NCBI GenBank assembly: GCA_010093605.1
Contig: MU004183.1
Coordinates: 2,046,001 to 2,110,000 of the forward strand
Direction: 5' to 3'
From: Lophium mytilinum
Taxonomy: Eukaryota
Length of the DNA stretch: 64,000 nt
The translations under genes and the position numbers were made by a program. Every line of letters begins with the position of its first letter. The stretch's first letter is position 1. Below the pieces are notes generated by a model. It searched no databases. It saw nothing but the letters and a program-made list of their open reading frames with translations, and was not told the origin of the DNA. Below are positions 60,366 to 64,000 of this stretch, piece after piece.

Positions 60366-62239
60366 TCATTCGTCGAGCAAGTTGTACATATTCCCGCGCT
60401 CGAACGTCTTCTGTTGTTTCTGCTTAGCTTTCCTGGCATGCCTTGTCTTCTTTGGTTTTGCTGCTTCGGGCCATTTCTCCTCAACGCCCAGAAGCGCATA
60501 CATCTCGGTGATAGCCTCTGCTAGTTGCGGATTCTCTTCAAGCGCTGGTTTGTAGTCTTGCTGAACGAGTTCGTCCAGTGGCGGAAGACTGTGCAGACTA
60601 TCATGCAACGCCTGAACCCCCCTTGTGAAATCGTCATTCTGTTGCGCCACAGGATGCGCCATAAAGACGGTCGTAAAACGTTGCAGCATTCTGAGCGAGT
60701 AAAGGACGGCTTGGAGCTGTGCGTCGAGATGTCTGGTACCCCAGTTGTATTGTCCCGCATGAGTCTTTGAGCCAAGGAGCTCCTGTACATTCACGCGGAA
60801 CTGGAGGAAAGTTTTGTCTGTCGCTGACACATCCTGCCACATTGAGTACACGGCGAACAATCTCCACACGCACGGGGGAGGCAGTTCAGAGCAGATCCTC
60901 AACCATGTCTTGATGTGGTCGGTAAATGTGGCAATCAATGTTGGATAGCAGAAAAGCTGGCGCTCCTTTTCCACGATTCTCTTACCGCTGCGAACAACCT
61001 CGTGGACGATCACAGGCTTGATAGCAAGTGTTGATGTCACAATTGAGTAACCAAATTGTCGAATCTGCTCGCCGCAATCCCAGGCAGAAGCTCGGTCGAC
61101 ATTTTCGATCAATACTGGGAGATACATATTTAATCTGCCTAACATAGGCCGATCTAGAGGACAGGAGAGAACTTGTTGTGTAAACTCGGATATGCGAGGG
61201 TCCAATCTACTCAGCACGCTCTGTAGAAGAACCTGCTGTGAGTCAGTTGACACAAAACCAGCAGTGGCCCTGTCTTGTGCATATATTGATATGTTGTAAA
61301 CTGAACTATCTTCAGTGGGCTGAGGAATGCCATGGTCGTCCAGATTGATGAGTGTTGAGAATCTTTCCAGAGCCTTGGCCAATACTACGTGTTCATTCAA
61401 AGTTCTGTGCGGCTCACGAAGCAACTCGTAGGCTAAGGAACGAATGCTGGCCAGACCTAGACGGTTAGCTATCCTGGCTGGTTTGAATTCACGGACCTCA
61501 ACTCCGGAGTCGTCTATACCGATAGACGGGAAGAATGCGACAGATCCTTGCGTGCCCAGATCGTGAGCGAGAAGGTCCGAGTCACCAGTAATGATCATGC
61601 TGCCGAAATCTCTTGCATGCCCTGCACACCAGGGATCGGCTTCTCCTGGCATGACTGTGGTGAAAAGATGAAACTCGCTTTCAAACAAAACCTCCAGGAC
61701 TGCAGGAACAATGAACGGGGCACACCTCGAGATTTTCTGGGCATTGGGCATGACAACGTCGAGTTTAGCAGTGCTTTCGGCCAAACGCGCAAATCGTTCC
61801 TCCTTCTTGTAATTAGGTAGGAAGCCATCAAAATAGATGGCACGACTACGTTTATTAGTTAATCTTAATGATTCGAAAATTATTATGAGCATGCGGACTG
61901 ACAATAACGAAGGAGACCAACGAACAAAAAATGCAATGATGAAGCATAAAGCGCGCAAGGTTCGGATAGAAAGCGTAATGGGAGTCAAGACACCTACACA
62001 CTCAACCCGCATAGCTGCAACGATCGGAGAAATGCTAGTGCAGCGTCGCCAATCTCGCGGTAGGTCGGGACGCGAACGCTGGAGGTCTCCTTCGATTTCC
62101 GCAAGGCGAGTTGGGCCGCATGGTAGGCCAGGCCAGGACCGTCGATCACGACAAGCCTGGGGTTTGCTGCATTTCTCTCGGTGAATTGGACCGTCTCGGC
62201 GAAATGCTGGAGGTGGCCGATGAGGCGCGGAATACCCAT
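60366..62239 (-). CDS. Asteroid/XPG_I_2 (PIN-like) domain protein
   Basis: Exon 1 MGIPRL...VVIDGPGLAYH, intron 61997-61846, then IYFDGFLP..K..ER, PGEADPWCA, IITGDSDLL, RLDPRISEF. Confidence 0.85.
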
Positions 62240-62818
62240 ATTGGGCCTGAATCACGCGCGGCTTGGTTGTTTCATCAGGGAAAAGGCGAGAATAGAGTAG
62301 TTGACGAATCCGAATCTACACTCGACACGCCAGATGGCTTGAGTTGGTAGCGACCGCGCGCAGGGTCGAGACTGGACACCTCAACCGTGTTTCTGATAGC
62401 GCCCTGGAAATTCGATATGGGAACGGAGCGTGGAGATAATTGTTGAGATAGTGCTGGCGCCGTGGAGGCTCAATTCGATAGTTCTGCAGCGCGGCTGGCG
62501 CCTCCACCCGCTTCGGTCGAGAGGACGGTCCGGACTGTGCTAGCGAGCGGCGGCGGCGGCACTGGGCTGTGAGGGCATTGGTGATGGCCCTGATACCGCT
62601 GTGACTGGGCTGCGTCGTGGTTGATGGCGGTGAGGTTGTTGTGAAAGTGTGCATGTGAGGCGTCGCTGGTTGGCTTCTGTCGATCCTGCGTCATGTCCAA
62701 AACCCCCACTCGTTTCCCTCAACATAGGTCTCCCCACCAACTCCAGATCTCCCCACCAGCACAGCTCCCCTTTCTCCGTTACTCCAGGAATCCAGCCTAA
62801 ATCTCTCCCGGTGCAATC

Positions 62819-64000
<1,182 letters not shown>

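Noticed and set aside
61846..61997. ATGATGA and CTGA boxes in the asteroid-gene intron
   Set aside because: On the strand opposite the host gene and in the wrong order

Overview
Gene-dense nuclear DNA of a filamentous ascomycete (Pezizomycotina; short GT-AG introns with CTRAC/CTAAT branch points and RIP-mutated repeats; Dothideomycetes-like, not provable from this window). Conserved genes: NACHT-TPR-ZZ NLR-like gene (5' truncated), IMH1-type GRIP golgin, ZUO1, USP-domain gene, GPR89/GPHR, NUP37, APC1/bimE, TYR1, AAR2, a NUDIX hydrolase, DAGK/sphingoid kinase-like gene, asteroid/XPG-like gene and PGM (3' truncated). Accessory segments: 17.9-22.6 kb (tandem orphan paralogues) and 38.5-56.8 kb (RBR-ZZ ligase, SET protein, FAD monooxygenase, Cys-rich membrane protein, F-box-like gene, sterol glucosyltransferase, 5.2 kb RIP-destroyed TIR element with an IS630/Tc1 transposase relic). 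The standout is a tRNA-Ala(CGC) gene (17251-17389, minus strand) carrying a normal 17-nt tRNA intron plus a 50-nt spliceosomal-type intron (GTAAGC...ACTAAC...TAG); exact removal of both restores a perfect cloverleaf, and a 33-nt inverted copy of its splice-site/anticodon region lies about 540 bp away. Second: an snR13-like box C/D snoRNA in an apparent intron-within-an-intron in TYR1. All gene names come from motif recognition from memory, not database searches; intron coordinates were read by eye.
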